Shown here piece after piece: positions 50,241 through 61,851 of a stretch of 64,000 nucleotides of DNA. Every line of letters begins with the position of its first letter. The stretch's first letter is position 1. A program made the position numbers and the translations under genes. The DNA is from Eutreptiella sp. 'Long Island Sound 2002' (Eukaryota; Protista; Euglenida): positions 24,800,001 through 24,864,000 of the forward strand of contig OZ038379.1 of the NCBI GenBank assembly GCA_964036045.1, given 5' to 3'. The notes below the pieces were generated by a model, which was given only the letters and a program-made list of their open reading frames with translations, made no database searches and was not told the DNA's origin.

Positions 50241-51111
50241 ATGTCTGTATTTTTCATCGTGGCACATCAAATTTCCGCCTTCTGCTTGTTTTCCCGATGT
50301 CGGGTGATGTTTGTTTTATATTGTGTCCTCTAGTTACTGAAAGATTCAAGTTGGGCACTGTAAGTGCTTGTAAGAGCTCTGTGGCCGTAACTTTTCAGAT
50401 CCACAGCTGAGGTGTGTTTCCTTGTAGCCTCGACCTAAAGTATTGTCCTTCTAAGATTCAATGTCACCATTGCGGCATCACAAGCATGTGGGCAAATTTT
50501 GTGGACGATTGGTGGCAAAACCCGGACGGTGCTTTTTTCAATATGCCGGCATTGCATAACCTCCCCGACGATCACAGAAAGATCATCCTCTTCCGAATTG
50601 CTGCAATACATGACGTTTTGAAATGACGTTTCGTCCTGAAAACTCGACTCCATCTAACACTTTTAAGAAGCATTTGTTGCCGCATGTAAGCAGAAGTGAC
50701 GGTTTCATTTCCAGTACTAACCGCGTTGGAGAGACTATTTTTCGGTACATGCGTGCAGCATTCGATAGAAATCAGAACACTCGCATGGTGCTCATCGCGC
50801 CTCAGTTCATTGGGAAGCGAAGCAAATATGTTGCCGATGTCATTGAGGATCCTACCCCCATGGACGAGTGCATGACCCGCGTAAGCACACGCCTCGCTTC
50901 AAAGGAAGTTAGGTACATGACGTATTGTAGGCTGCAGTTAGAGCACCTTCTGGAGGAAAATGGTAGGAAGTTGGCAGCGGCAAAGAGCAAGGAAAGGGAT
51001 GGTAAGATATTGGCACGCTTGTTGAATGCCTCTTTGGTCCCTAAGGACACATCTTCCATTACGGTTGAGGTTCTTAAGGGCCACCAAGTTGCTGCGCCGG
51101 AGACAGCCTGA
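50241..51111 (+). pseudogene. Orphan spliced gene or pseudogene, probably TE-borne
   Basis: Predicted exons 50241-50246, 50334-50359 and 50428 onward give MSLLKDSSWALLDLKYCPSKIQCHHCG..; stop at 50626 overlaps the ATG of ORF 50623-51111. Confidence 0.35.
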
Positions 51112-54100
51112 GGTGGCTGATTTCTTGAGGTTGAATGTCAACCGGGACCAATTGTTGGCACAATTGGAGGAGTGGGTGGAGGACGCGGTTGTCATGTGAG
51201 GACCCAATGTTTTTCTTGTGCTTTTATGCCTTTTGCAAGGGGCGGTTCTATGCGAGATTAAGGTTCATGGAGGTAGACAGGCGTGCAGAAAAACAGGGCC
51301 AAAAGTGCCGAGAAATCGGCTCCGAAGACGCACGAGAGAGCCACGAGGAGGGCCCAAAACAACCCTTTAACCACAGTGGCGCAAATTTTGGGTCCTCAGG
51401 AACGCGCAGCAACTTTCAGAGGGCTGTTTTGAGCCGTTAAGCCAAATTTAAGGGGGCGGGTCATTTGAGTACACAAACAGCAGTGTTTCCAGCCTGCCCA
51501 GGGCCATCCTACACAAGCTGATCCTCAGTCCTCAGGACCTCACTATTGTGTTGTTGCTCTCGCTTGCCTTCTCTTCCACCTCTAGCCACCTGCGTGGCAG
51601 GCTCCTGAGGAGTGCAAGAACTCCCTCTAGTAACCAAGCCGAGGGAGAAAGGGGAGAGGCGGAGGCGGAGCACCAAAACGCCGGCGACAAGAACACTGTG
51701 TCCAACGGGTTTTTGCGGAGCCGCCGCCTCTCCTGAAATCCCCGAGTGAAGCCGTGGTTCAGCCAGGTTCAACCACGCACCGTAATCACGGCTTCCCCAC
51801 GATTGAACCCCTACCGTGGTGAAGGAGCAAATAGTGGAATTGAAACCCTCAAAAAGCCACTTTTTCGCGCACTAACAAATGTTAAGGCATGTAGGAGGAA
51901 TGTTTTCGAACAAAAAAGCACCTCTTTTGTGCAACACACTGGAAATCCATTTCTGCCGAAGGCGTTTCCATGGCGGCGGCGGGAGCGACGGCGGATGTCA
52001 TGGTGATGGCAGGAAAAATGCATGGAACTTGTGAAGGGTCGCAACAATTGCGTAAGTCTCTTTGTCCCTCATTGGCCAAGCACGTTGGCCATGGGACTTG
52101 TCACCCTGCAATTTCCACGAAAAAAATGCCACGGGAAACAGGGGACATCCACAGCCCTGGGTAGAATCATGTTTCATGTTTCATGTTTCATGATTTTGAG
52201 CATTATGCACAATAGTTTATTGTTTGCGTGTTCGGAAAAGGAAATGTTACAACCCGTTGACATCTTCCAGCCTTTTGGCATGGCTCAAAGATCAAGGGAA
52301 GCAGTGTAGCCCCCGTATGGGCGGCATTGCTACTGTATCAAAAACTTGGAGGGCGATGCTGACGGTCGCTATCTTGCACGTTGCTCTTCTTGTGTTTGTG
52401 CGTGCTTGTTTGTTTTCAATGTCTCGATGTGGTGCCTCCCAGTCGCGAAAACAGCAAGCCTTTCGGTATGTAGCTATGGGAAGCACTACAAGGTGTATAT
52501 GTGCGTCACTTATACCGGAACAGGGACTCGGAGGGTGATTTGTTGACAGTTTTTCAACATCCATATGCCGTGCCATGTTCTACCGGTTGTCAAAAGATGT
52601 GGGTGTATCACGTCGGATGCCGCCAAACATTAAACAACAAATGTAGGAGGTGTCGACACCGACGGAGGTGGTTTGGCTGATTTTAAAGGTGCAAATGCCA
52701 AAAACGACATGTGTGTACTTTGCCTGTGGTGTGAAGCAATGGAAGCGCTTCAAACTTGAACTTTGAACCGGTTTGAAGCAATTCAAGTGGTTCAAGCCCA
52801 AATTTCAAACCTTAGGTATAAAGATTTCCTCATCTGGATCCATCAAAAGGCGGTGTCGCCCGAAGTGCCATTGATGAACACTTGGAGCAAATGCTTCCCG
52901 TGGTACAAAAAGATGGATTCCATGTGGGAGCATCTTGCGTCCTTTCGGCGCTTGGAGGCGAAGATACACGATCCTTCCAATGGGCAAGATCCGATGGCGG
53001 AGAAACTTGTAAGTGTGTTGTAAGATTGGTGAACGTGGATAATTTGCTTAATTTGTTGAAGTTCATCAAAATTTCTCCGCAATCATTTTCTACATTTTGA
53101 CCCTCGTGGGGTCAAAATCATGTCAGGGTACTTTGGGGCAGCAGGGGCAGCAAAACTGCTCACAAATGCATTCAAGATGAAAAAAAAATTAGACACTAAG
53201 AAATCAGGCACCACTTGCAGCCTCTTTTGGACAATAAAACGGTAGCTCACAAATCATTTTGAAATTGTTCAGCTTTGCTGCACCTAGTGAGACATTTCAG
53301 ACTTCAAGTGCCCCTCTTCAAACCCCCCGTGTTCTTGGCTTGCTTGCCCGCAAGCTTTGAGTTGATTTGCCTGTCAATGTACCACAATTTGACAATCTGT
53401 GGTGGTATTTCACCGAGCAATCCTAGGGCTCTCATTCTGACCTTGATGGGCATCCATGGCCATTTCCGGGAGTATGACTTGCAGCCACAGCCCTGCTCAA
53501 TGTTTTGTGTCTTCAAAATTCTTCAAAATTTGAGTTGCAGGGCAAGAGGTGGTGGCCTTAAGTAGGAGGGACGGTGGCATGGGCTGCAGCCCTTCTATTG
53601 CGGCATTCCAACAGAAGGCTCAACTGGTGAAAACCCATGGAACTTGCCAAGGTGTAACCGGATGAAGTGCTCAAGGAAGTGAGGGGTAGTGGGAAACAAA
53701 CAAGAGAAATTTTGCATGGGACTTGACGCGACCATGGGGGGCGGGAGGGCGGGGGGGCCTCCTCCTCTTGGTGATGGTAGTGAAGCCTATGTTTTCTCAT
53801 ACGTATGCATGCCTGAATTATTGTTTGTTGTTTCGCCTCGTGCTTTCGTGTCACACTACAACACCGGTTGCACTTTGAACAGTTTTTGGTTTGATGATAT
53901 TCAGACAGCTACTCCAAGGTGGTCAAACTCACGGGGTTGCGCATTTGGTTGTTGGAACTCTTGTATAAGAAATTTTGTGAACCTTTTAACATTTCAAGGG
54001 TGACGTTGTACTTCACCCTTGTGTGGTTGAAGCATTACCCACTTGACATTGCATTTGCCAAAGATTGGTGTCTTTGCTGCACGCCGGCATGTGAAACGGG

Positions 54101-54905
54101 GTTTACGACATGTGATTTGCGTTATGTGTGTTCCGTGTGTTTCTTCCATACAATGCACCATAAAATACAATTCATTTGTGCCAATCGTCTCGGACACTTG
54201 CCTTTCGTGAGTGCACACACTATTCCTCGACCCGTAGTCTTTCGGGACAGTTTGTCATGTGTCAAGAAGTGGTCCAGCACGTATTGCCTTGCATGTATCC
54301 CATGTCTTCGTTTTCTGACAAAACAACACAATACAATCCAACACTATCCCCCTCCTGATGTGCATGTATGTCCACTGCAATTGTGTTTCATGAAATAGAC
54401 GTGCCTACTATCCGTATTGAGACACCTTCTTCACCGTTTGGGGTTTTATGAAAAAATGGCTTCCACCCACAGCTAGCCTGGTTGGGGGGGGGGGGGGGCT
54501 CCCCCTCCTCTCCATCCACAAGCCGCTCTAGCCATGGCTAGGTCAAGTCCATGGTATGTCCATGACCGTTAGCATTGGTGTGCTTGGGCACCCATTGACC
54601 CACAAATGGCTATCCAATATCTAGTGCACCTATGCACGGGGGGGGGGGGATGCACGTCGTCCAAGCATGGGACTTCTTCAACACGAATTCCGCACTAAAT
54701 GGCAGAGCAAAATGCCTAGAAGCGCAGCAGCCCGCCCCCTTGTTGGGCAAGTAGAATAGCGGAAGCAAGGCTATGGCTATTCAGTGGCGGCAACGTGTAC
54801 GAAGAAGCGCAGCCGTCAGTCTGCGACTTGACTGTCAGTCCTCCATGTCCATGTATTTTTTGCCGCATAGGGAACTACGATCATGTGAACACGGCCTTCG
54901 TAATT

Positions 54906-55370
54906 ATGGCCACTGTTGATCAACCCGCAATGAGCATTGAGCAGCTGGATTTCTGTGAGATCTGCATGAAAGCAGTTCCACGAGCCAACATGCAGCTGCA
55001 TCAACTCCGCTGCATGTATGTCACTGCCCCGGGCTGTGTGGCCAAGATCGAACGTAGCAACAGTTCAGATTGGTTTGACTACGTGGAGAACGGACCATCT
55101 TCCGCAAAGAAGAGCGAGTCGTCATTGAATGCCCGGAACCGCCGCGCAAAGCCGTTCCGTGACTCTCTCCCGATTCCTGCTATGGACAGCACCAATCACT
55201 CGGTTAGCAGCGACTGCAGTGATGACTGGTTCGATCACGTGGAGAGGACTGACAAAACCACATGTCCGCATTGTGGGGATGTGTTTGACAATTCACCCAC
55301 TTGTCCTGTCACAAATGAAGAGCACATGCGGGACAAGCCAAATTGGGACGAGAACGTGGTCCGTCGTTGA
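54906..55370 (+). CDS. Intronless 154-aa protein with XAF1/TRAFD1-type C2HC zinc finger and a C-terminal CxxC..C..H finger
   Basis: Uninterrupted ORF. CEICMKAVPRANMQLHQLRC is CxxC-x11-H-x3-C; CPHCGDVFDNSPTCPVTNEEH at the C-terminus; upstream pyrimidine-rich AG acceptor ends at 54870. Confidence 0.7.
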   Translation: MATVDQPAMSIEQLDFCEICMKAVPRANMQLHQLRCMYVTAPGCVAKIERSNSSDWFDYVENGPSSAKKSESSLNARNRRAKPFRDSLPIPAMDSTNHSVSSDCSDDWFDHVERTDKTTCPHCGDVFDNSPTCPVTNEEHMRDKPNWDENVVRR

Positions 55371-57575
55371 TTGGACTCATATTGACAGCTTTAGCTCCTT
55401 CATGATGAAGGGACGGGAAAGATGGCAGCAAGTGGGAGCATCGACATCGACGTTGTGATGTGTGCAGAGACGACGTTGTATGAACAGGGTGGCCTCTGCA
55501 AGACTATAGATGCCCCCCAAAGGCCCTATGCGTGCCAAACTACTTTTTCGCTGCGCACCCACCTTTTTCCAAGCCAACGAAAGCGGGGGGGGGGGGGGGT
55601 AACCGTCAGAATTGGTGGCATGGGGCGAGAATTCGACCGGAGACAATCGAATCCGTGGGGCGTTGGTGGTGTTGCCAGAAATCCGCTAGAGTCGAAGGGA
55701 ATCTGCCGTGAAGATGCAGGAAGCCCCCAAGCCGCACCTGTGCAGGCCCTGACCCCATGGTCGCCATCATTTCTCGATTTGAAATCGTGAGCCGGCGTTT
55801 TCAAATGTTGATACTTTTTGGGACCTTCTTCAAATGTAGTTGGGCGTGGCACGGTGCCAATGGAGTCAGACTGGCGGGTGTGCTGAACTCCTCTCTGGAA
55901 GCAGCTCAGGCGAACGTAAAGTTGTACCCATGCGCACGGGTTCAGACAAGAGACACATATCTCTTTTGTCAAACGGATGCCGAAATCATTGACGGTTTTT
56001 TGTGGCGTTTGGCAAAAAAAAACAGTTGCTGAGCACACTCTTCCACTACTGCATTGCATGTCACTGGCAGTTGAGAAGGGCTTGTGGTGTGCGAGAAGAA
56101 TGGTATGGCGTGTTGTTTCCGCCTGCATGCGGTCCCACAGATCATTGAGTGTCACGTATTGTCTGCTATTTCTGGCTTTTTCCAACCTCACAACCTCTGA
56201 AGAGGTTCGGACCGTCATTTTTCTTTCGCATGCACCGTGTCCAATTCTTGTGTGCCGAAGATGTCACCTGAAATCTCCTCCTGGAGATGGCTCTGTCAAA
56301 GTCTGCCGGACCACACACAGTTTCCAGATCCACGTAGCATAGCCTGATTCTCCTGGAGGTTCTTCGGTTGCAATTTATTTATTGTCAAGTGGTGATGACA
56401 GGTTCATGTTCTGGCATCCCTAGGCGTTGGGTTTAGGTCGCGAAGCCAGATCGTGAAGCCAGACCACCGCCCCCAACTCTAACACGGAGGACTACAACTG
56501 CTATCGCTTACACGCAGGGCAGGCACGAGTTTGCGGTAAGATTTGGTTCCACTCACTAGCCCTTTGCTAAGCAGGTGTCATCATTATGCCTGTCGCCCGC
56601 GCACAGCATAACTCTCCCTCCAAGGCAGGTCTACAATCCTAAATGTCAGTTGACATGTGTGCCATTGAGGACAACATTGCATTCGGAACATCTCTCCAGA
56701 AATGGGACAAGGGCCAGGGTGCTGTTTCAGGATTTCTGTTTGTTTGAGAGTCTGGTCAGCACTCACTTTGAGGTTGGGTTGTGATGGTGCCCGAAACGCA
56801 CAAACATGACCTTCCTCTGTGGATCTACAGTAGAATGCACGCCCAGAGCCAGTGCATGTCAACAGTCGTGCTGAAGCAGATTGCAGCAGGATGGGAGAAG
56901 AACCATGCAGGACAATTCCAGAGACAGGTCCATTTGGTCTCTTCGCTTCCGATAACACTGAGTATCAGGGTCTGGCTAAGGGCGGGAGCTTTCGGAAGCC
57001 TGATCTTTTTCCATTTCCCTTTTTTCCTTCAAACGGTTGACCATGGCTGATAGTTGGATCCTGGTCACCGCTGGCCCACCGCCCAGCATTTGCGTGCCTG
57101 TGTGTGGCGTTGCCTGTGTTGTAGGCAGCCCTCCACCACTTTTTTGTGCAAGGGCTGGGCACTAGCCATCTGGACCCGCTTTTTTGGGTGGTGGTTCCCA
57201 AAAGTGCAGGGGGTGATCCTTCTCCCCCCTGACCAAGACACGGTGTGTCTTGTATAGGTTGTATTGGGTTGCGACCATTTCATGTGGCTCTCAGTTGTGG
57301 ATGTCAAGGAGCACAATGGTTCATTGTGCAATTGCTGAGTGACGCAGCAGCTGTTGTCATCTGGTGGACTTGTTTCAACAGTTTGCTGCTGTTCACGTGG
57401 GCAACACACAGCAAATGGAATGCTTTGTTCTTGCCGCGCTTAATGACACGTCCAAGATGCAGAGGGTGTATGAGCTGTATTTGTTTTGGACTTTGCCATT
57501 TTGTGGACCAGAGGGGCGGGGCCATGCATTTTTGCTGCGCCTCCCCAGGGGATTGGAAGAGAAAACAAGAACGTT

Positions 57576-58533
57576 GGGGGCGCCCTTAGAGCAGTGAGCG
57601 CGCAGTGCAGGCACAGTGCAACTGTTTGGGCGTCTAGCCATACTGGAGACCCGTAGTTTGTGATACTACGGGCATCATTGTTGCCCCTAGCATAGGTTTT
57701 GATGCTTCTTCCACATTGAGGGTATGGCATTTTTGGATTTTCACCCACTTTCACCCATTTCCACCCCTTTTCACACTTTTTTGCTCGTCTCCACCATGGA
57801 CTCCCACACTTTGGTGTGGCACCTTGAGCTGGGGTGATGGACTCCCACACTTCGGTGTGGCCCCTTGAGTTGGGATGATGGGGGGGGGGGGGATGGGAGC
57901 TGAATAATGAGGAGGTAGCGGCACTGGACTTACAGGGTGCTGCCGGCTGTAATGAAGTGGAAGAAACTCTCCGTGACAGGAACGCCGAAGAAATGGCTAA
58001 GGAAGGCTTCTACTTGGTGAAGCTAGTACTCCGCCATTGCTACTGTCAGGGTTGGCAGTTCCTTACCCTCTGGAAAGGGTATGGCGAGGATGAGGCCACC
58101 TGGGACGCCTGCTCAGCATTTCTTTTGCCCGATGGGCGTTTGAACTCTGTTGTGGTTGAGTACTTGTCCCAGAACAACCTAGGTGAACTGCTGAGGCTAG
58201 CTGAGTTGCTTGCAGAGAAAGCCTAAGGATTGGCGCTATTTGAGAGTCTCGCCCTAGAGACTCACTCCCTTCTCCTTTCATGTCTTTGACCTATGGTGGG
58301 TTGTGGCAAGCATTGGGCTCTGTGTGTAGGGGCACACCCCAGGCTTTCCGCATTTTGCATGATGTCTTATGTGAAGGGAAGGTAGCTTGCATTTGTCTTC
58401 AGCTAGGCAGGTTTGGGTGACCTAAATTTATGAGCGTTTGGAAGGGGTGTGCCTGGGGGCTCTTCGGGGAGAACCTCGATTAAAAATAGCGCGCAGTGCG
58501 CGCGACGTGTGTGCGCAGTGCAAGGACTCCCCC
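57576..58533 (+). mobile_element. PIF/Harbinger-like non-autonomous element (family A) carrying a chromodomain
   Basis: Ends GGGGGCGCC / GGACTCCCCC, 3-bp TSD GTT at 57573-57575 and 58534-58536; GCGCGCAGTG subterminal repeats. Confidence 0.85.
57957..58226 (+). CDS. Chromodomain fragment (chromovirus integrase-like C-terminus)
   Basis: FYLVKLVLRHCYCQGWQFLTLWKGYGEDEATWDACSAF matches the chromodomain pattern Y.V+.+L.H....+FLV.WKGY....TWEP. Confidence 0.75.
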   Translation: MEETLRDRNAEEMAKEGFYLVKLVLRHCYCQGWQFLTLWKGYGEDEATWDACSAFLLPDGRLNSVVVEYLSQNNLGELLRLAELLAEKA

Positions 58534-61500
58534 GTTGTCCAAGCCTCTGACCCCAAATAACTCCTCCCCAATGGACGAAACGCCTGTGTTGTACGAACCC
58601 ATCCACACTCCATGTCCGTCGCCTGTCGGTCCAAGCCATTTAGGCTGCGCCCTTTCCAGGTTTCCAGGTTTCACGCGTCCGCACTTTCGCAGACAACGCC
58701 TTACCAGATGCAGTGCCCCGATCCTCAAAATGATCAGCATGCATCACCAAGCACAAATATCCCATTGGGTTCAGCATTCTTGGACCACGGTGCCAAAACC
58801 CAGCCCAGTTTCAACCCAAACTTCAGTATCTTTGACCACCAGAAGGTACCCCATTGACCCCTCAAAAGGAGTGCTATGCGTCAGAGCACAAACATGCATT
58901 TGGGCTGCCATGCCATAGTGCCATTCTGTGGCCGTCGTAGTTGTGTAGAACAGCCGTTTTTCGCCAGATTTTAGTATTTTGGTCTAAGTGTCTCAGAGCG
59001 TGCCATTGTGAACCCTCACAACTCTTAGCATGCAACACGAAGGGCAGATCTGCCTTTAAAAGTATTGGACCATCGATGTTGCAGTTTTGTTTGGTTGGAA
59101 GTGTATTCAGTAGACATAATTAGTACTATGACACAATTTACTGATCGAATGGATTTGTTGTGTTTTTACATCTGTGCTTCCTGAAGGGCCCTGGATGACT
59201 AGGGGACTGGATGTGTCGTAGGGCGACGCTCAACAACACTGCTGTTCAAGCAACACTCAGTGTTGTTTCCGCAGCTTTTTCAGGGTTGTTTCTGCATCTG
59301 TTAGTGTGTTGCGTCTTCTGGACCTTTCCAGCCTTTATGACTCCATCCCCATCACATTCTCCTCCATCCCCAGCGCCAACGATTCAGACATTGTAAGTAG
59401 ATTGGCAGATGCCGCCTGCTCATCTTTGCATCATAGACGACGTCAAATTTCAAATTGTTGCAGTGTGAATCATGATTGTGCCAATGAATTCCCCACAGCT
59501 AACCCACAGACCTGGTCCGCAGGTGTGAATTGCATCCGTTCAGAAGAAAGTAACTCACAAAAGCATGTTCGCAGGATTGTTTCCCTCACACAGCCAACAC
59601 GAAACGTAAACAAAGCAAACATAAGAAAACATGTTCATTGTTCGCTGCACAGCGAGTCTCAATTTATGCCACAGGATTTGAAGAACCCTCTGTAGGTCCT
59701 CCTCCTAACATTTTAGATTTTGTGTGCCATTCGGTGCAAGCTGCACGTGAGAATTCCCAAGGATGTCAAATCTCTGGTTTTCTCTTTGACTCCTGGGGGC
59801 ACACCTGCAAGGCACAGCATGATAAGAAAGGCATTGAGCAAGGAGTTGGGCGCGGCACGCCATGCATTTCGGTCAGGCGCTGTCGAATGGCGAAATGGGC
59901 TGAGCAAAATGAGACTGATGTGCAGACTGCAGGTTGAGGGAGCGACAGGGAGAGACACAGGGCTGTGTTGTACGGAGGATTGAGTTCCACAAACCCGACG
60001 GTTGGGCGCCATATTCGCATGGCGTGTGCGAGATGTTTCGTTTGCACAGGGCCTCCCCCACCCGCCGCTCACATGGTGCACACGGAGGGCAGGGTCTTTG
60101 CAAGAGAGGGTGCATTTTTGACAGGCATCCATGCGCACCCAAGGCCGAATGGAAAGAGCCTCTTGCTCCGAGGGGAAGTGGGAACCTCTTTCCCCAGCCA
60201 ACCTCTGACAACACTGTACCTGGTGGGCGGCGCTCTTTCATATGCATTCCTTCTCTGGACCAGAGGTGGCGACCTCTGTGCATGTGTTTCTGTGTTCTTT
60301 GCTTGCAGTCTTCGCACTATCTTGATTTGAGGGTGTTTGGCATCCTTTGGATGCGGCATTTGTGCATGAAGGACAATACAGCACTTGACCACTGCCGTCA
60401 GGTTGATGAGCAAGTTGGAACAGTGCCTGTGTGGATATCAACACCCTATTTGTGATGCCACGGCCTATTCAATGGGTTATGTGCCTAAGAAGCTGCTTCT
60501 GATGTGCAACAAAGAGTCTGGGATGTCTTGCTGCTGCTTGTACACGTATGGTGCTCCCCGACATGTTGTACACGCGACGTGTCGGGACGTGTTGTACCCC
60601 GAGGCGTCGTAAAACTACCATTTTCACATTTGTGACTCCTGTGAACCCTGTCCACCCTAGAATCTAAAATGGATGACGTGTGCTCAACACGAGACAGAAT
60701 GTTTCTACAACCTGAAACTATGCTCCACAGCCCAACCTTTTACAGCCAAAGAAGGAAAGCATTTCCCGTAATGTGCTCCGCTCTGTTCCGGGTCACAATG
60801 GGGTCATACACCGACCCTCTTGAACCCTCTCCCTCGCTGTGCATTATATCTCTGCTCTTCTAGGTACCTCTCATGGAACGCCAAAGGGAACTTGGTTTTG
60901 AGGCGCGTGTACAGGCCACGTGTAATGGAAGCGGCAGCCACCATTCCACCCTGTTCCTGCAGCGGCATGCCTGAGCACGCGTGTACCTGAGTAGTGGGTG
61001 CAGCTGCCACACGTTGATTGCTCGTTCTTTGTTTGGGTGGCGCTTGTTGGATTTTCGCCCACTTTTGAGTTCAGATGGCCTGTTCCTTGATTCCTGGTGT
61101 TGGGATTTGCCATTGCTGTCTTGCCTTGACCTTTGTGGGGCTTGTGCTGCGTCAGGGTTTGGGCAACGTATGGGTAGGCTTGTCCTTTTGGACGTGGGGA
61201 TCTTCTTGGTTGGTCTGACTGGTTGGGGGCGGGATTGTGTGGATGGTTGCTTGGGTGTTGTTTTTGGCTGTTTGGTTGGAGTCTTTGTCTCGTAAAATGT
61301 GGGTGAGGTCCTCTTTTTAGAGGTTGATCTCGCACTTGTGGATGTTTCTTGGGCACATTTACTCTTTGTGCCACTTGCACTTGCTTGCAACACCCATTTG
61401 CAGTGTTTGGTGTTGAAGTCGAAAGCATTTTATGGCAGGCGGCTGCAGTGTCTAGGTCAGTGTCTGTGATATCAGGAAGATTGCCCCAGTCATGCATCAT

Positions 61501-61579
61501 CCAAGTGACGGGTTTTGAGTGTTTGCTCACTTGAATCCACATAGCTCTGATTTTGGGGATATTTGTGCATTATATTCCC

Positions 61580-61851
61580 CTTTCTTGCACCAGCTCACCA
61601 TGCAACCCTCTCTTTTTGAACCTGGGTGTCCAGTTATTTTCACACGTCCCACCGGTGAGCGTGTGGATGCCACAATGAAGGGACAATCTGAGAAGGGGGA
61701 ACTGTTTGCGGTGTTGAAGTTGCGTAAGCCCAAATCAGCCCCTAAACCTCGGGCAAAGGCATCTTCAAAGGCATCTTTAAGTGGTAAGCCTGTGCAGTTG
61801 TTCCGCATGGTGTATCATTGCAAGAAGGGTTTCCAAGCCGAACATTTGTAG
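61580..61851 (+). pseudogene. Small SH3/Tudor-fold-like coding remnant with basic tail
   Basis: LFEPGCPVIFTRPTGERVDATMKGQSEKGELFAVLK followed by a K/P/A-rich tract. Confidence 0.25.

Larger units (their letters stand above)
55600..58920 (+). mobile_element. Degenerate retroelement-like remnant split by the family A insertion
   Basis: Fragment GQGAVSGFLFV resembles LINE RT QG..LS..LF. Removing 57576-58533 plus one TSD restores the frame LEEKTRT-L-SKPLTP. Superfamily uncertain. Confidence 0.3.

Noticed and set aside
52300-52520. SET domain (DADGRYLARCSSC..SYGKHY)
   Set aside because: The NHSC.PN and GEEL motifs are absent; resemblance is too weak.
53093-53120. Helitron 3' hairpin (ATTTTGACCC/GGGTCAAAAT)
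   Set aside because: Good 10-bp stem but no CTRR terminus at the expected distance and no Rep/helicase motifs.
53790-54080. Fanzor/TnpB-like zinc ribbon (EYHQTKNCSKCNR, minus strand)
   Set aside because: No downstream CxxC..RD.NA motif or RuvC-I motif; frame has stops.
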